A stretch of DNA of 64,000 nucleotides, from positions 19,873 to 83,872 of the forward strand of contig DJJW01000077.1 of assembly GCA_002434335.1 (NCBI GenBank), written 5' to 3'. This DNA is from Lachnoclostridium sp. UBA6558. Lineage in GTDB: Bacteria; Bacillota; Clostridia; Lachnospirales; Lachnospiraceae. The notes under the pieces are model-generated. The model did no database searches. It saw only the letters and a program-made list of their open reading frames with translations, and was not told the DNA's origin. The position numbers were made by a program, and so were the translations under genes. Numbering within the stretch: the first letter of the stretch is position 1; each line of letters opens with the position of its first letter. This document shows positions 1 to 11,159 of this stretch, one piece after another.

Positions 1-1
1 A

Positions 2-130
2 GGACGGCCTGAAGTTTACTGGGAAAGCGATGACTGGACAGTTGTAACGGAAGACAGATCCCTGTCGGCACATTATGAGAACACCATTCTGATTACAGAG
101 GGTGAGCCGGAAATATTCTCTTTAAAATAA
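2..130 (+). CDS. map: Methionine aminopeptidase, 3' end (partial)
   Basis: Manual translation ...DDWTVVTEDRSLSAHYENTILITEGEPEIFSLK*, the typical MAP C-terminus; canonical position before infA. Confidence 0.92.
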   Translation, partial: GRPEVYWESDDWTVVTEDRSLSAHYENTILITEGEPEIFSLK

Positions 131-154
131 AGCAGGAATAACGGAGCCGTAAAA

Positions 155-439
155 GTGGATTATATGATTGGCAGAGGTGCAATATCCACCGCAGGACATG
201 ATATCGGTAAATGCTATGTCATATGCAGCGCAGACGATGAATATGTTTATCTAGTGGATGGTATTGCCAGAAACATAAAGAACCCAAAGAAAAAAAACAA
301 AAAGCATATCAAATGCATTGAAGGAACTGAAAATCTCCTTCCACGCATCAATGATCAAAACATAATTACCCGGAATGAAGATATCAAAAGAGCAATTAAA
401 ACTTACAGTAAGATATATAAAGGGGTTATACCCTGGTAA
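155..439 (+). CDS. KOW-motif RNA-binding protein (L14e-like)
   Basis: STAGHD...YLVDG...NPKKKNKKH motif; usual map-KOW-infA position. Confidence 0.85.
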   Translation: MDYMIGRGAISTAGHDIGKCYVICSADDEYVYLVDGIARNIKNPKKKNKKHIKCIEGTENLLPRINDQNIITRNEDIKRAIKTYSKIYKGVIPW

Positions 440-475
440 TCTGTTGTATTTCTTCAAATTTATGGAGGTGACTTA

Positions 476-694
476 ATGTCCAAATCAGATGTAGTTGAAA
501 TTGAAGGAACCGTTATTGAGAAATTACCCAATGCTATGTTCCAGGTAGAACTGGAAAATGGCCATCGCGTACTGGCTCACATCAGCGGAAAACTACGTAT
601 GAACTTTATTAAAATCGTACCCGGCGACAAAGTAACTTTAGAATTATCTCCCTATGATTTAACTAAAGGAAGAATTATCTGGAGAGATAAATAA
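476..694 (+). CDS. infA: Translation initiation factor IF-1
   Basis: [14 protein letters not shown]...[14 protein letters not shown]...[10 protein letters not shown]. Confidence 0.98.
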   Translation: MSKSDVVEIEGTVIEKLPNAMFQVELENGHRVLAHISGKLRMNFIKIVPGDKVTLELSPYDLTKGRIIWRDK

Positions 695-709
695 AATACT
701 AAAATTTAC

Positions 710-738
710 TTGATTTTTCTTCTGTCATTTGTTATAAT
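710..738 (+). promoter_or_regulatory. SigA promoter for rpmJ-rpsM-rpsK-rpsD-rpoA-rplQ
   Basis: TTGATT-17 bp-TATAAT with extended -10 TG. Confidence 0.7.
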
Positions 739-773
739 GATAGACGGACTTTTTTTGAAAGGAGTGAATTACT

Positions 774-887
774 GTGAAGGTAAGGTCATCAGTAAAACCC
801 ATCTGCGAAAAGTGCAAGATTATAAAGAGAAAGGGAAGTATCAGAGTAATCTGCGAGAATCCCAGACACAAACAAAGACAAGGCTAA
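774..887 (+). CDS. rpmJ: 50S ribosomal protein L36 (not in ORF track)
   Basis: GTG start after [41 protein letters not shown]. Confidence 0.98.
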   Translation: MKVRSSVKPICEKCKIIKRKGSIRVICENPRHKQRQG

Positions 888-1392
888 TAATCAGTTAGGG
901 GCTGCGAATGCGGCATAACTGTTTTATATAAGGCGTTTACAGGATAATTCATCAGATGGTATCTTTGATATATCAAACTGTGAAGTATAACCGTTCGTTC
1001 TAAGGAATTGCCGGTTAAGATTTATCAGGAAGCTTATCTGATAGGTTTTCATGTAAACGACAATATATAGTTCTTGCTTTCTGTGATACAATCTGCTTTT
1101 TTGCAATTGTGATATTGTGGGTAAATCAAAATGGTTTATCTTGAAATCTATGGGGTTTCAGCGGATTAACCTTAGGGTTAGTCTGTCACAATTTAAAGCG
1201 GCTGCGCAATGAAACACCAGGTGGTGTTGTTTATTGCAAAATATCATTTTATTATTGAAAATGTTACAAAATCAGCTTCCAGGGATATAAGGAACGGGTA
1301 TGCATTTCACCATATATCAGATATTCTGTTATATGATACTTTTTTCATCCTGCCGGAGCAACCTTAAAAAACAACGGAGGTGTAATACGCAC

Positions 1393-1761
1393 ATGGCTCG
1401 TATCAGTGGTGTAGATTTACCAAGAGAGAAACGTGTAGAAATCGGTCTTACTTATGTTTATGGTATCGGCAGAGTAAGTTCTAACCGTATTTTAAAAGAA
1501 GCAAATGTTAATCCTGACACACGCGTTAGAGATTTAACAGACGAAGAAGTTGGCAGAATTCGTGATATTATTGATGCAACTCAGACAGTTGAAGGTGATT
1601 TACGTAGAGAGATCGCTCTTAATATCAAGAGACTTCAGGAAATTGGATGCTACAGAGGTATCCGTCATAGAAAAGGCCTTCCTGTTCGTGGACAGAAGAC
1701 TAAGACTAACGCTAGAACAAGAAAAGGTCCTAAGCGTACAGTTGCTAATAAGAAGAAATAA
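1393..1761 (+). CDS. rpsM: 30S ribosomal protein S13
   Basis: [14 protein letters not shown]...; start reassigned to ATG 1393 after GGAGG. Confidence 0.98.
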   Translation: MARISGVDLPREKRVEIGLTYVYGIGRVSSNRILKEANVNPDTRVRDLTDEEVGRIRDIIDATQTVEGDLRREIALNIKRLQEIGCYRGIRHRKGLPVRGQKTKTNARTRKGPKRTVANKKK

Positions 1762-1922
1762 TATTATCCAGTTACTACGAGAAATTCTTAGAATTTCAAG
1801 TTCTGTAACGACAAGGTATGCATTTGCTGTATAGCAGCAAAGGTATAAACCGCTCGTAAGAACCGCAGTGGCTGAATAGTCACGGAATAAGGTAATTAAA
1901 ATCCAACAGGAGGGTTTGTTAA

Positions 1923-2318
1923 ATGGCTAAGAAAATAGCAAAAAAAGTGACTAAGAAACGTGTTAAGAAAAACGTTGATCGTGGACAGGCACATATCCAG
2001 TCATCTTTTAACAATACAATTGTTACTCTGACAGATGCAGAAGGCAACGCTCTTTCATGGGCCAGCGCCGGTGGTTTAGGCTTTAGAGGTTCCAGAAAGT
2101 CAACTCCCTATGCAGCACAGATGGCAGCTGAAACAGCAGCAAAGGCAGCTTTAGTTCATGGTTTAAAAACAGTTGACGTAATGGTTAAAGGTCCCGGATC
2201 AGGAAGAGAAGCAGCAATTCGTGCACTTCAGGCTTGCGGCATTGAAGTAACAAGTATCAAGGATGTCACACCGGTTCCTCATAACGGCTGTAGACCACCT
2301 AAACGCAGAAGAGTCTAA
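1923..2318 (+). CDS. rpsK: 30S ribosomal protein S11
   Basis: SSFNNTIVT...KSTPYAAQ...[13 protein letters not shown]. Confidence 0.98.
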   Translation: MAKKIAKKVTKKRVKKNVDRGQAHIQSSFNNTIVTLTDAEGNALSWASAGGLGFRGSRKSTPYAAQMAAETAAKAALVHGLKTVDVMVKGPGSGREAAIRALQACGIEVTSIKDVTPVPHNGCRPPKRRRV

Positions 2319-2336
2319 TAGAGGAGGTAAGTAACA

Positions 2337-2933
2337 ATGGCAAGAGACATGGGTCCTGTATTAAAAAAATGTAGAACACTCGGACTTGAACCGTCTGTTT
2401 TAGGAATTGATAAGAAGTCCAACAGAACTTCTTCCAGAGCAGGAAAAAAAGTTAGTGAATACGGTACACAGTTAAGGGAAAAACAGAAAGCTAAGTTTAT
2501 CTATGGCGTTCTGGAGAAACCTTTCAGAAATAACTTTGATAAAGCAAAGAAAATGAAAATCGGTACTACCGGTGAGAACCTGATGATTCTTCTTGAGCTC
2601 AGACTGGATAACGTAGTTTTCCGTTTAGGCTTTGGCAGAACCAGAAGCGAAGCAAGACAGATTGTTGATCACAAGCACGTTTTAGTTAACGGCAAGTGCA
2701 TCAATATTCCTTCCTATTCAGTAAAAGCAGGAGACGTTATTGAAATCAAAGAGAAATTCAAGAGCGCTCAGAGATATAAAGATGTATTAGAAGTAACAGC
2801 TGGCAGACTTGTTCCAGCATGGCTTGAAGCAGATCATGAGTCCCTTAAAGGAACTGTAAAAGAACTGCCTTCAAGAGATCAAATTGATGTTCCGGTAAAT
2901 GAAGTGCTTATCGTCGAGTTGTATTCTAAGTAA
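2337..2933 (+). CDS. rpsD: 30S ribosomal protein S4
   Basis: QLREKQKAK...[13 protein letters not shown]...IVELYSK. Confidence 0.98.
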   Translation: MARDMGPVLKKCRTLGLEPSVLGIDKKSNRTSSRAGKKVSEYGTQLREKQKAKFIYGVLEKPFRNNFDKAKKMKIGTTGENLMILLELRLDNVVFRLGFGRTRSEARQIVDHKHVLVNGKCINIPSYSVKAGDVIEIKEKFKSAQRYKDVLEVTAGRLVPAWLEADHESLKGTVKELPSRDQIDVPVNEVLIVELYSK

Positions 2934-2974
2934 TCATTAATCGTATCATAATAACCCAAAAGGAGGGTCCTATT

Positions 2975-3934
2975 GTGTTTGATTTTGAGAAACCAAAAAT
3001 TGAAATTGCAGAAATTTCTGAAGATAAAAAATTTGGACGTTTTGTAGTAGAACCTTTGGAACGAGGATACGGTACAACCTTGGGCAATTCTTTACGTAGA
3101 ATTATGCTTTCATCCTTACCCGGAGCTGCAGTAAGTCAAGTTAAGATTGATGGTGTAGTTCACGAGTTCAGTGCAATTCCAGGTGTAAAAGAAGACGTTA
3201 CTGAAATCATCATGAACTTAAAAAGCCTTGCAATCAAAAATACCAGTGAGACAAATGAGCCTAAAACGGCATACATTGAATTCGAAGGAGAAGGTATCGT
3301 AACAGCAGGTGATATCCAGGCTGATCCCGATATTGAAGTATTAAATCCTGAGCTGGTGCTTGCAACTCTGAATGGTGGCAATGACAGCAAGCTGTATATG
3401 GAAATTACCATAACAAAAGGTAGAGGATATATCAGTGCAGATAAGAACAAAAATGACGATCTGCCTATCGGTGTAATCCCCATTGATTCCATTTACACTC
3501 CTGTTGAGCGTGTTAACTTAAGCGTTGAGAATACCCGTGTTGGACAGATTACTGACTTTGATAAGCTTACACTTGATGTATTTACCAATGGAACTTTAGC
3601 TCCCGATGAAGCTGTCAGCTTAGCTGCCAAGGTTCTGAGCGAGCATCTGAACTCATTTATCGATTTATCTGAAAATGCCAAGACTGCAGAGATCATGGTT
3701 GAAAAAGAAGATAATGAGAAAGAGAAAGTTCTTGAAATGAATATCGACGAACTGGAGTTATCCGTTCGCTCTTATAATTGTCTTAAGAGAGCCGGCATTA
3801 ATACGGTAGAAGAATTAACGAATAAAACTTCTGAAGATATGATGAAGGTAAGAAACCTTGGTCGTAAGTCCTTAGAGGAAGTGCTTGCAAAACTGAAAGA
3901 GCTTGGCTTATCACTTAATGTAAGTGATGAGTAG
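2975..3934 (+). CDS. rpoA: RNA polymerase alpha subunit
   Basis: [17 protein letters not shown]...[14 protein letters not shown]...[10 protein letters not shown]. Confidence 0.99.
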   Translation: MFDFEKPKIEIAEISEDKKFGRFVVEPLERGYGTTLGNSLRRIMLSSLPGAAVSQVKIDGVVHEFSAIPGVKEDVTEIIMNLKSLAIKNTSETNEPKTAYIEFEGEGIVTAGDIQADPDIEVLNPELVLATLNGGNDSKLYMEITITKGRGYISADKNKNDDLPIGVIPIDSIYTPVERVNLSVENTRVGQITDFDKLTLDVFTNGTLAPDEAVSLAAKVLSEHLNSFIDLSENAKTAEIMVEKEDNEKEKVLEMNIDELELSVRSYNCLKRAGINTVEELTNKTSEDMMKVRNLGRKSLEEVLAKLKELGLSLNVSDE

Positions 3935-3959
3935 GTATTAAGATAAAGGAGGGAAACAA

Positions 3960-4496
3960 ATGGCAGCCTATAGAAAACTTGGAAGAACATCCGATCAGAG
4001 AAAGGCATTGCTGAGAAGTCAGGTTACCAGCCTGTTATATCACGGCAAGATCAGGACAACTGAAGCCAAAGCAAAAGAAATTCGTAAAATTGCTGAGAGC
4101 ATTATCGCATTAGCTGTAAAAGAGAAAGATAATTTCGAAACAGTTACAGTAAAAGCTAAAGTTGCCCGTAAAGATAAAGAAGGTAAAACTGTTAAAGAAG
4201 TTATAAATGGAAAGAAAGTTACTGTATTTGATGAAGTTGACAAAACTATCACCAAAGACAGCGCATCTCGTCTTCATGCCAGAAGACAGATGTTAAAGCA
4301 GCTGTATACAGTAAAAGAAGTTCCCACAGAAGCAGCTGGAAGAAAGAGAAATACTAAGACTGTAGATGTGACAGACAAACTTTTCGAGGAAATTGCTCCT
4401 AAGTATGTAAACCGTAACGGTGGCTATACAAGAATCATCAAGATTGGCCAGCGTAAAGGTGATGCAGCGATGGAAGTTCTCATCGAGTTAGTTTAA
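3960..4496 (+). CDS. rplQ: 50S ribosomal protein L17 (long form with internal insertion)
   Basis: [15 protein letters not shown]...[19 protein letters not shown]. Confidence 0.97.
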   Translation: MAAYRKLGRTSDQRKALLRSQVTSLLYHGKIRTTEAKAKEIRKIAESIIALAVKEKDNFETVTVKAKVARKDKEGKTVKEVINGKKVTVFDEVDKTITKDSASRLHARRQMLKQLYTVKEVPTEAAGRKRNTKTVDVTDKLFEEIAPKYVNRNGGYTRIIKIGQRKGDAAMEVLIELV

Positions 4497-4514
4497 TCAT
4501 AACACTGACAATAG

Positions 4515-4562
4515 AAAAGGGCAGAAGCAACTTAATGTAGGTTAAGTTGCTTCTGCCCTTTG
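4515..4562 (+). terminator. Intrinsic terminator after rplQ (probably bidirectional)
   Basis: AAAGGGCAGAAGCAACTTAA-loop-TTAAGTTGCTTCTGCCCTTT perfect stem. Confidence 0.85.
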
Positions 4563-4772
4563 TGATAGCTGTAAATGTGATAGCAGCTACTGAATGTTAC
4601 AATAAGTTATAGCTATAGTTTATTAATTATAATAAGTTGCTATAGTTTATTTGCTGCAATAAATTTCTTAGATTAATTGTTGTAATAAATTGCTTAGTTT
4701 AATTGCTGTAGCATAATTACCGTAATATAATCGCTGAGCATAATTACTGTAAAAAGGTTTATGTTAGAACCA

Positions 4773-5375
4773 TTATTTAAGTATTTTTGGTACAGGATAA
4801 TAACGGAACTCCGCTTTGCCGATAATTTCGTCTTTGGTGGCAAAGGTATTCTCCCAGAATCTGGAATCCAGGGAATCATTGCGGTTATCGCCCATAAGAA
4901 AATAAGAATCCTCTGGTACAGTATAAGGACCATAATCACCGACAGGTGTTTCCTTTAAGTAATTCTCCTCTAAGGGAGTGGTACTGCCATTGATATAGAC
5001 CTTTCCGTCTTTAATATCAATTGTTTCACCTGGTAGACCGATTATACGCTTAAGATACTGCTGAGTCTCATCGTCGGGAAAATCAAAGACTATGATATCA
5101 CCGCGTTTTGGCTCACCAAAAGTATAAGCTAACCGAAAAGCTATAATACGGTCACCAATTTTTATGGTGTTTTCCATGGAACCGGTAGGTACCTCTGCAC
5201 TGACAACGACATACCGATTTAACACAAAAGATAGAGCTAAGGCACAGAAAATAAGTACAATCCAACTAAGGATTTCTTTTTTTACTGAAAATTTCCCGTT
5301 ATTATTATCTCCATTATTACTATCTTTTTCGGAGGAAGTATCTAAGCCCTCCTCATTTTGCTTGAAGTCTTCCAT
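4773..5375 (-). CDS. lepB: Signal peptidase I
   Basis: TM segment, VPTGSMENT (catalytic Ser), YLKRIIGLPG (Lys), MGDNRNDSLDSR. Confidence 0.95.
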   Translation of the reverse strand: MEDFKQNEEGLDTSSEKDSNNGDNNNGKFSVKKEILSWIVLIFCALALSFVLNRYVVVSAEVPTGSMENTIKIGDRIIAFRLAYTFGEPKRGDIIVFDFPDDETQQYLKRIIGLPGETIDIKDGKVYINGSTTPLEENYLKETPVGDYGPYTVPEDSYFLMGDNRNDSLDSRFWENTFATKDEIIGKAEFRYYPVPKILK

Positions 5376-5534
5376 ATAATCCTCATTTCATCTTCAATTT
5401 ATTTGTAAAGTACGTTTACCATTGTAACATAATTGGAAATGTTAAACAAGAACTACAAATCGAACAAATCTTACAATAAAATTAACATTAGTGTATACAA
5501 CTGAATTTTATGAAATAGTTGTACGAAAAATACG

Positions 5535-5563
5535 TTGCAAATGTGAGAATAATAATTTACAAT
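5535..5563 (+). promoter_or_regulatory. Putative SigA promoter upstream of the repeat tract and ecf operon
   Basis: TTGCAA-17 bp-TACAAT. Confidence 0.5.
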
Positions 5564-5658
5564 GTAAAAAGTATTGACAGTAGTAATGACAGCTGTGATA
5601 GAAGGAAAATAAGAAAATGTCATAGATGAGGTTAAACTACCATAAATGACTACATAAT

Positions 5659-5985
5659 AAGAACAATAATATGAAAAAGATGTTTCGGTTTCTAGTAAAA
5701 GAACATTTATAGGAAGAAGATGTTTCGGTTTCTAGTAAAAGAACATTTATAGGAAGAAGATGTTTTGGGGTCTTCTAGTAAAACAGAATACTTATAGGAA
5801 GAGATATTATGGGGTCTTCTAGTAAAAGAATATTAATATCAGTAAGATGTTTTAGCTCTTTTGGTAAAAGAACGTTAATAGGATGGTTTGAATTTTCTAG
5901 TAGAAAGAACATTAATATGAAAAAGATATTTTGGTCTTCTGGAATAAAAATTAATATATAAAAGCTGTTTTAGGGCTTGCAGATA
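5659..5985. repeat. Degenerate ~40-bp tandem repeat (about 7-8 copies)
   Basis: Unit AAGAACATTTATAGGAAGAAGATGTTTCGGTTTCTAGTAA; near-identical first copies, diverging rightward; no unique spacers. Confidence 0.85.
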
Positions 5986-6289
5986 AAATGAAACCATTGG
6001 GTTTTCTTGCATATAAGGTGATTCTTATAGCAGATAGAATTAAATATAAGTTCATATAATTTCAGCTTTACACTAACAGTATAATGAATATAGTAAACTT
6101 CTTTAAGGAAATAAAGATAAAATCATATATAGAAAAAAAGAAATTTATTGATTTCTCTATTTAAGCAATATCGTAAGAAAGCTTTCTATCTTCAATGAAT
6201 GAACTTGACTTACAAAAAGAATGTTTTAATTACGCTTAACGAATATTCAATCGTAGATCAAAGATTGGAGGTTCAGGAAAGAGGTTATT

Positions 6290-7147
6290 ATGGAAATGGT
6301 TAAAACAGAAGGTTTGGTTTTTGAATATATCAGACGAAATGATGAAGGTGAAGTTGAGTCTATAAACCGAGCCGTTGACAACGTAAATTTAGGAATAAAA
6401 AAGGGTGATTTTGTAGCTATTCTGGGACATAACGGGTCTGGAAAATCCACTCTTGCAAAGCATATTAATGCTATTCTCACACCAACAGAAGGAGTAATGT
6501 GGGTAGGGGGTATTAATACAAGAGAAGAGGAACAGCTTTGGGATATCAGACAAAATGCAGGTATGGTATTTCAGAATCCGGATAACCAGATTATCGGTAC
6601 CGTTGTAGAAGAGGATGTTGGTTTTGGAGCAGAGAATCTTGGGGTACCTACAGAGGAAATCTGGGAAAGAGTTGAGAAAAGTCTGAAAGCAGTTGGTATG
6701 CTGGATTATCGAAAGCATTCGCCTAATAAACTGTCAGGGGGACAGAAACAGAGGGTTGCCATTGCAGGTGTCATGGCTATGAAACCCCAGTGTATTGTTC
6801 TTGATGAGCCTACAGCCATGCTGGATCCCATGGGCCGCAAAGAAGTTATTGAGACGGTAATGGAATTAAATAAGAAGGAAAAGGTAACTGTAATTCTAAT
6901 AACACATTATATGGAAGAAGTTATCAATGCCGATAAAGTCTTTGTAATGGATAAAGGCAAAGTTGTAATGGAAGGCACACCAAGAGAGATCTTTAAAGAG
7001 GTAGACGTATTAAAGAAATACCGGTTGGATGTACCCCAGGTGACTGAATTAAGCCATGAACTAAGGAAAAAGGGTCTTGCAGTGCCGGAAGGTATACTAA
7101 CAGTAGAAGAACTGGTTAAGGTATTAACGGCCCTTCCAAAGAATTAA
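6290..7147 (+). CDS. ecfA1: ECF transporter ATPase A1
   Basis: [24 protein letters not shown]; position before ecfA2-ecfT-truA. Confidence 0.93.
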   Translation: MEMVKTEGLVFEYIRRNDEGEVESINRAVDNVNLGIKKGDFVAILGHNGSGKSTLAKHINAILTPTEGVMWVGGINTREEEQLWDIRQNAGMVFQNPDNQIIGTVVEEDVGFGAENLGVPTEEIWERVEKSLKAVGMLDYRKHSPNKLSGGQKQRVAIAGVMAMKPQCIVLDEPTAMLDPMGRKEVIETVMELNKKEKVTVILITHYMEEVINADKVFVMDKGKVVMEGTPREIFKEVDVLKKYRLDVPQVTELSHELRKKGLAVPEGILTVEELVKVLTALPKN

Positions 7148-7176
7148 CCCTGTACAGACGCAGAAAAGAGGTAGTT

Positions 7177-8025
7177 ATGCCAATAATAATAGATAATTTA
7201 CAATATGTGTACAGCCCTCAGACAGCATATGAAAAGCAGGCGCTAAAGGATGTCAACCTGGTCATAAATGATGGAGAATTTATTGGACTAATCGGTCATA
7301 CAGGTTCTGGTAAATCTACGCTGATACAGCATTTAAATGGACTTTTAAAAGCTACAGCAGGTAAAATATATTTCAACGGTCAGGATATTTATGAAAAAGA
7401 TTACAGTATGAAATACTTAAGAAGTAAAGTTGGACTGGTATTTCAATATCCTGAGCACCAGCTTTTTGAGACAACAGTATATAAGGACGTAAGTTTTGGG
7501 CCGAAGAATCTGGGACTGGAGCAGGTGGAAGTTGATTTAAGAACATATGAAGCCATTAAGATGGTAGGTCTCGGAGAGGATATGATAGATGCCTCACCCT
7601 TTGAACTTTCAGGCGGACAAAAGAGAAGAGTAGCCATTGCCGGGGTATTGGCCATGAAACCGGAAGTGCTCATATTGGATGAACCAACCGCAGGGTTAGA
7701 CCCTAAAGGCAGGGATGAGATACTGGAGCAGATTAATAAGCTTCATAAGGAAAGCGGTATAACAATTATTCTAGTGTCCCACAGCATGGAAGATGTGGCT
7801 AAATACGCTGACAGGCTGGTTGTGATGAACAAAGCTGCCGTGGCATTCAACGACACACCTCACAAGGTATTTGAGCATTATAAGGAATTGGAAGCAATGG
7901 GACTTGCAGCTCCTCAGGTAACTTATGTGATGCATGAATTGAAGAGCAGAGGTATTCCTGTGAAAACAGATGCTACAACGGTGGAAGAAGCTGCTGAAGA
8001 AATACTGAAAGCGTTAAAGAAATAA
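7177..8025 (+). CDS. ecfA2: ECF transporter ATPase A2
   Basis: GHTGSGKST, FQYPEHQLF, SPFELSGGQKRR. Confidence 0.93.
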   Translation: MPIIIDNLQYVYSPQTAYEKQALKDVNLVINDGEFIGLIGHTGSGKSTLIQHLNGLLKATAGKIYFNGQDIYEKDYSMKYLRSKVGLVFQYPEHQLFETTVYKDVSFGPKNLGLEQVEVDLRTYEAIKMVGLGEDMIDASPFELSGGQKRRVAIAGVLAMKPEVLILDEPTAGLDPKGRDEILEQINKLHKESGITIILVSHSMEDVAKYADRLVVMNKAAVAFNDTPHKVFEHYKELEAMGLAAPQVTYVMHELKSRGIPVKTDATTVEEAAEEILKALKK

Positions 8026-8335
8026 ATAATCTAAATAGACATGAGGAGCAATGGAAGAAATAAAGGCTGAAATAGAAAGAATTAAAGATTGAAAGAGAAA
8101 GAAGTAAAGCTGTAGGTATAAAGAAATCAAAGGTTAGAGGCTATTATTAGTTAAAAGACTAACGAAATAGACACAATAGATATTGATAGAGAATAAACAT
8201 CAAAGTAATAAATACGGAAGAATTAAAGACTGAAAGAAAACATCAGTAATTAAGAAAGGAATGCCACGGGCTGATCTCCCAGCCTTAATAGGTGGCAGTA
8301 CCGTAGTATTTCTGCGGTATGCAATGGGTGTAAAA

Positions 8336-9175
8336 ATGATTCGAGACATAACAATCGGACAATATTACCCGACAGATTCGCTGCTTCATAAGCTGGATCC
8401 CAGGGTGAAATTAGTGGGAACCATCGTTTACATCATCTCACTGTTTGTAATCGATTCCTATATCGGCTATGTGATAGCAGCTGTAGCTCTTTTTGCTGTA
8501 ATCAAATTGTCGAAGGTTCCGGTAAAGTTCATATTAAGAGGCTTAAAACCTATTATTGCTATCTTGCTGTTTACTTTAATCTTTAACCTGCTGTTTACGC
8601 AGGGAGATTCAGTTTTCAAGTTTGGTATCATTAATATCACGAAGCAGGGAATCACCATGTCGGTAACCATGGCAATCCGTTTAATTTTGCTTATTATGGG
8701 TTCTTCCTTAATGACCTTTACAACAACACCAAATCATCTTACAGATGGCTTAGAGAGCCTTTTAAGCCCTTTAAAGAAGGTAAAGGCACCTGTCCATGAA
8801 ATATCTATGATGATGTCCATCGCGTTAAGATTCATACCCATACTAATGGAGGAAACGGACAAGATTATGAAAGCGCAGACAGCCAGAGGAGCGGACTTTG
8901 AAAGCGGCGGTCTGATGAAGAAGGCAAAAGGTCTGATTCCATTATTGGTACCCTTATTTGTATCAGCATTCAGAAGAGCCAACGATCTTGCAATGGCCAT
9001 GGAAGCCAGATGCTATAGGGGCGGTGAAGGCAGAACGAAAATGAAGCCGTTAAAGTACAGAGGAAGTGATATATTTTCCTATCTGGTTTTGGTTTTATTC
9101 TTTGCGGTTATAATTGTACTTAATCATGTAGACCTTACTGGTTTACTGAACGGTCTGCCGGGGTTTAAGAACTGA
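8336..9175 (+). CDS. ecfT: ECF transporter transmembrane component T
   Basis: MIRDITIGQY, LDPRVK, ALRFIP, QTARG and MEARCY motifs; start reassigned to 8336. Confidence 0.93.
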   Translation: MIRDITIGQYYPTDSLLHKLDPRVKLVGTIVYIISLFVIDSYIGYVIAAVALFAVIKLSKVPVKFILRGLKPIIAILLFTLIFNLLFTQGDSVFKFGIINITKQGITMSVTMAIRLILLIMGSSLMTFTTTPNHLTDGLESLLSPLKKVKAPVHEISMMMSIALRFIPILMEETDKIMKAQTARGADFESGGLMKKAKGLIPLLVPLFVSAFRRANDLAMAMEARCYRGGEGRTKMKPLKYRGSDIFSYLVLVLFFAVIIVLNHVDLTGLLNGLPGFKN

Positions 9176-9330
9176 TTATTCAGGGAAAGGCAGATTACCC
9201 AGCTTATAATCAAATGGTTCTAAAGGTGTAACACAGGGTAAAAATATTGGAAAAGTAATATTAAATTGCATTACTGAATTACTTATGGAAGAACCGCATA
9301 ATTTGAAAAATGTGGGATGTTAGGGAAGTT

Positions 9331-10098
9331 ATGAAGAGAATAATGTTGGTAGTCGCCTATGACGGCACAAAGTACTGCGGGTGGCAGATACAGCCAAATG
9401 GTATAACAATAGAAGAGGTATTGAATAAAGCATTGTCAGAACTGCTAAAGGAACCTATAACAGTGATAGGAGCCAGCAGAACGGATTCCGGTGTGCATGC
9501 ACTTGGAAATGTAGCCATCTTTGATACAGACACCAGAATACCAGGTGATAAGATATCCTATGCCTTGAATCAGAGGTTACCGGGGGATATAGTAATCAGA
9601 GAGTCAAAAGAGGTGGACGCAGATTTCCACCCAAGACGCTGCGTTAGTACTAAGACATACTGCTACCGTATCATGAACTCCAGATTTCCGGTGCCAACGG
9701 AAAGGCTTTATTCCTATTTTGTATATTATCCTCTTAAGGAAGCACTGATGACGGAAGCGGCCACTTATCTTATTGGGGAACATGATTTCAAGAGTTTTTG
9801 TTCGACTGGATCCCAGGTGACAGACACGACCAGGACTATCTATGATATAAAAGTAGAGCGTTCCGAGGAAGCAATAACGATTCGAATAAAAGGCAATGGA
9901 TTTCTGTACAACATGGTCAGGATCATAGCGGGAACAGTAATAAAAGTTGGGTTAGGAGCGATACCCGCCGCAGAAGTCAGAGAAATCCTTTTAAAGAAGG
10001 ATAGAAGCTATGCAGGACCGAAAGCACCAGCCCAGGGTCTAACCTTGGAAAAAATAGAATACAGCAATAAATGTATTGACACACCTGGTGAAATATAA
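9331..10098 (+). CDS. truA: tRNA pseudouridine(38-40) synthase
   Basis: AYDGTKYCGWQ, SRTDSGVHA, GFLYNMVRII. Confidence 0.96.
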   Translation: MKRIMLVVAYDGTKYCGWQIQPNGITIEEVLNKALSELLKEPITVIGASRTDSGVHALGNVAIFDTDTRIPGDKISYALNQRLPGDIVIRESKEVDADFHPRRCVSTKTYCYRIMNSRFPVPTERLYSYFVYYPLKEALMTEAATYLIGEHDFKSFCSTGSQVTDTTRTIYDIKVERSEEAITIRIKGNGFLYNMVRIIAGTVIKVGLGAIPAAEVREILLKKDRSYAGPKAPAQGLTLEKIEYSNKCIDTPGEI

Positions 10099-10165
10099 TA
10101 TAATATGGAGATGTGACGTGAGAATACCAGAGCCAAGCCCCGGTACGGTATTTTAACATATATAA
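10076..10165 (+). promoter_or_regulatory. rplM promoter and L13 ribosomal leader
   Basis: TTGACA-17-TATAAT at 10076-10104, then stem GAATACC...AGCCCCGG...GGTATTT resembling the Firmicute L13 leader. Confidence 0.7.
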
Positions 10166-10212
10166 CTATTAAAATGAATGAATAAGATTGAAATTAACAA
10201 GGAGGTTCTCCA

Positions 10213-10647
10213 ATGAAAAGCTTTATGGCAAGCGCATCAACCATTGAAAGAAAATGGTATGTTATAGATGCAACAGGACATACTTTAGGACGTCTTTCAT
10301 CCGAAATCGCTAAAATCTTAAGAGGCAAGAACAAGCCTACTTATACACCTTTCATTGACACCGGTGATAATGTAATCGTTGTTAATGCTGACAAGATTAA
10401 AGTAACCGGTAAGAAACTGGATCAGAAAATATACTACAATCACTCCGACTACGTAGGTGGTATGAGAGAGACAACCTTAAGGGAATTAATGGCTAAAAAG
10501 CCTACCGACGCTATCAGCCTTGCAATAAAAGGCATGTTACCTAAGGGACCTTTAGGAAGACAGATGATTACGAAATTACACGTATACGCTGGACCTGAGC
10601 ACAACAATGCAGCTCAGAAACCAGAAGTATTAGAGATTAAATATTAA
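10213..10647 (+). CDS. rplM: 50S ribosomal protein L13
   Basis: RKWYVIDA...LGRLSS...[11 protein letters not shown]...[10 protein letters not shown]. Confidence 0.98.
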   Translation: MKSFMASASTIERKWYVIDATGHTLGRLSSEIAKILRGKNKPTYTPFIDTGDNVIVVNADKIKVTGKKLDQKIYYNHSDYVGGMRETTLRELMAKKPTDAISLAIKGMLPKGPLGRQMITKLHVYAGPEHNNAAQKPEVLEIKY

Positions 10648-10672
10648 TCCAGGTTGAAAGGAGGAAAAAACA

Positions 10673-11065
10673 TTGGCTAAAGCAAAATACTACGGAACCG
10701 GAAGAAGAAAAAGCAGTATTGCCAGAGTATATTTAGTACCCGGTACTGGTAAAGTGACAATTAATAAGAGAGATATGGAAGAGTTTTTCGGACTTGAGAC
10801 ATTAAAGTTAATCGTTCGTCAGCCCCTTACTCTTACAGATACAGTAGATAAATTTGATGTTATTGTTAACGTTCACGGAGGCGGTTTCACCGGTCAGGCT
10901 GGTGCAATTCGTCACGGAATCTCCAGAGCTTTATTAAAAGCTGATCTGGAATACCGTCCTGTATTAAAGAAGGCAGGTTTCTTAACAAGAGATCCAAGAA
11001 TGAAGGAAAGAAAGAAGTACGGTCTCAAAGCCGCACGTCGTGCTCCTCAGTTCTCAAAGAGATAA
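10673..11065 (+). CDS. rpsI: 30S ribosomal protein S9
   Basis: TTG start; YGTGRRKSS...[14 protein letters not shown]...[10 protein letters not shown]. Confidence 0.98.
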   Translation: MAKAKYYGTGRRKSSIARVYLVPGTGKVTINKRDMEEFFGLETLKLIVRQPLTLTDTVDKFDVIVNVHGGGFTGQAGAIRHGISRALLKADLEYRPVLKKAGFLTRDPRMKERKKYGLKAARRAPQFSKR

Positions 11066-11078
11066 TAAGAATAATAAA

Positions 11079-11114
11079 GAAAGCCTTGAAATCACAGCGT
11101 TTCAAGGCTTTTTT
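11079..11114 (+). terminator. Terminator after rpsI
   Basis: AAAGCCTTGAAA-loop-TTTCAAGGCTTT followed by a T-run. Confidence 0.8.
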
Positions 11115-11159
11115 AATGCTCTAGACTATACATTTGTTGTGAATTTGTTGTGAGTTAAT

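Noticed and set aside
710..898. 62-aa ORF from the track
   Set aside because: Overlaps the promoter and the real rpmJ (774-887), which is in another frame
1300..1392. N-terminal extension of S13
   Set aside because: The conserved start MARI with a GGAGG RBS is at 1393
5659..5985. Possible CRISPR array
   Set aside because: Units are contiguous tandem copies with no unique spacers, and there are no cas genes in the window
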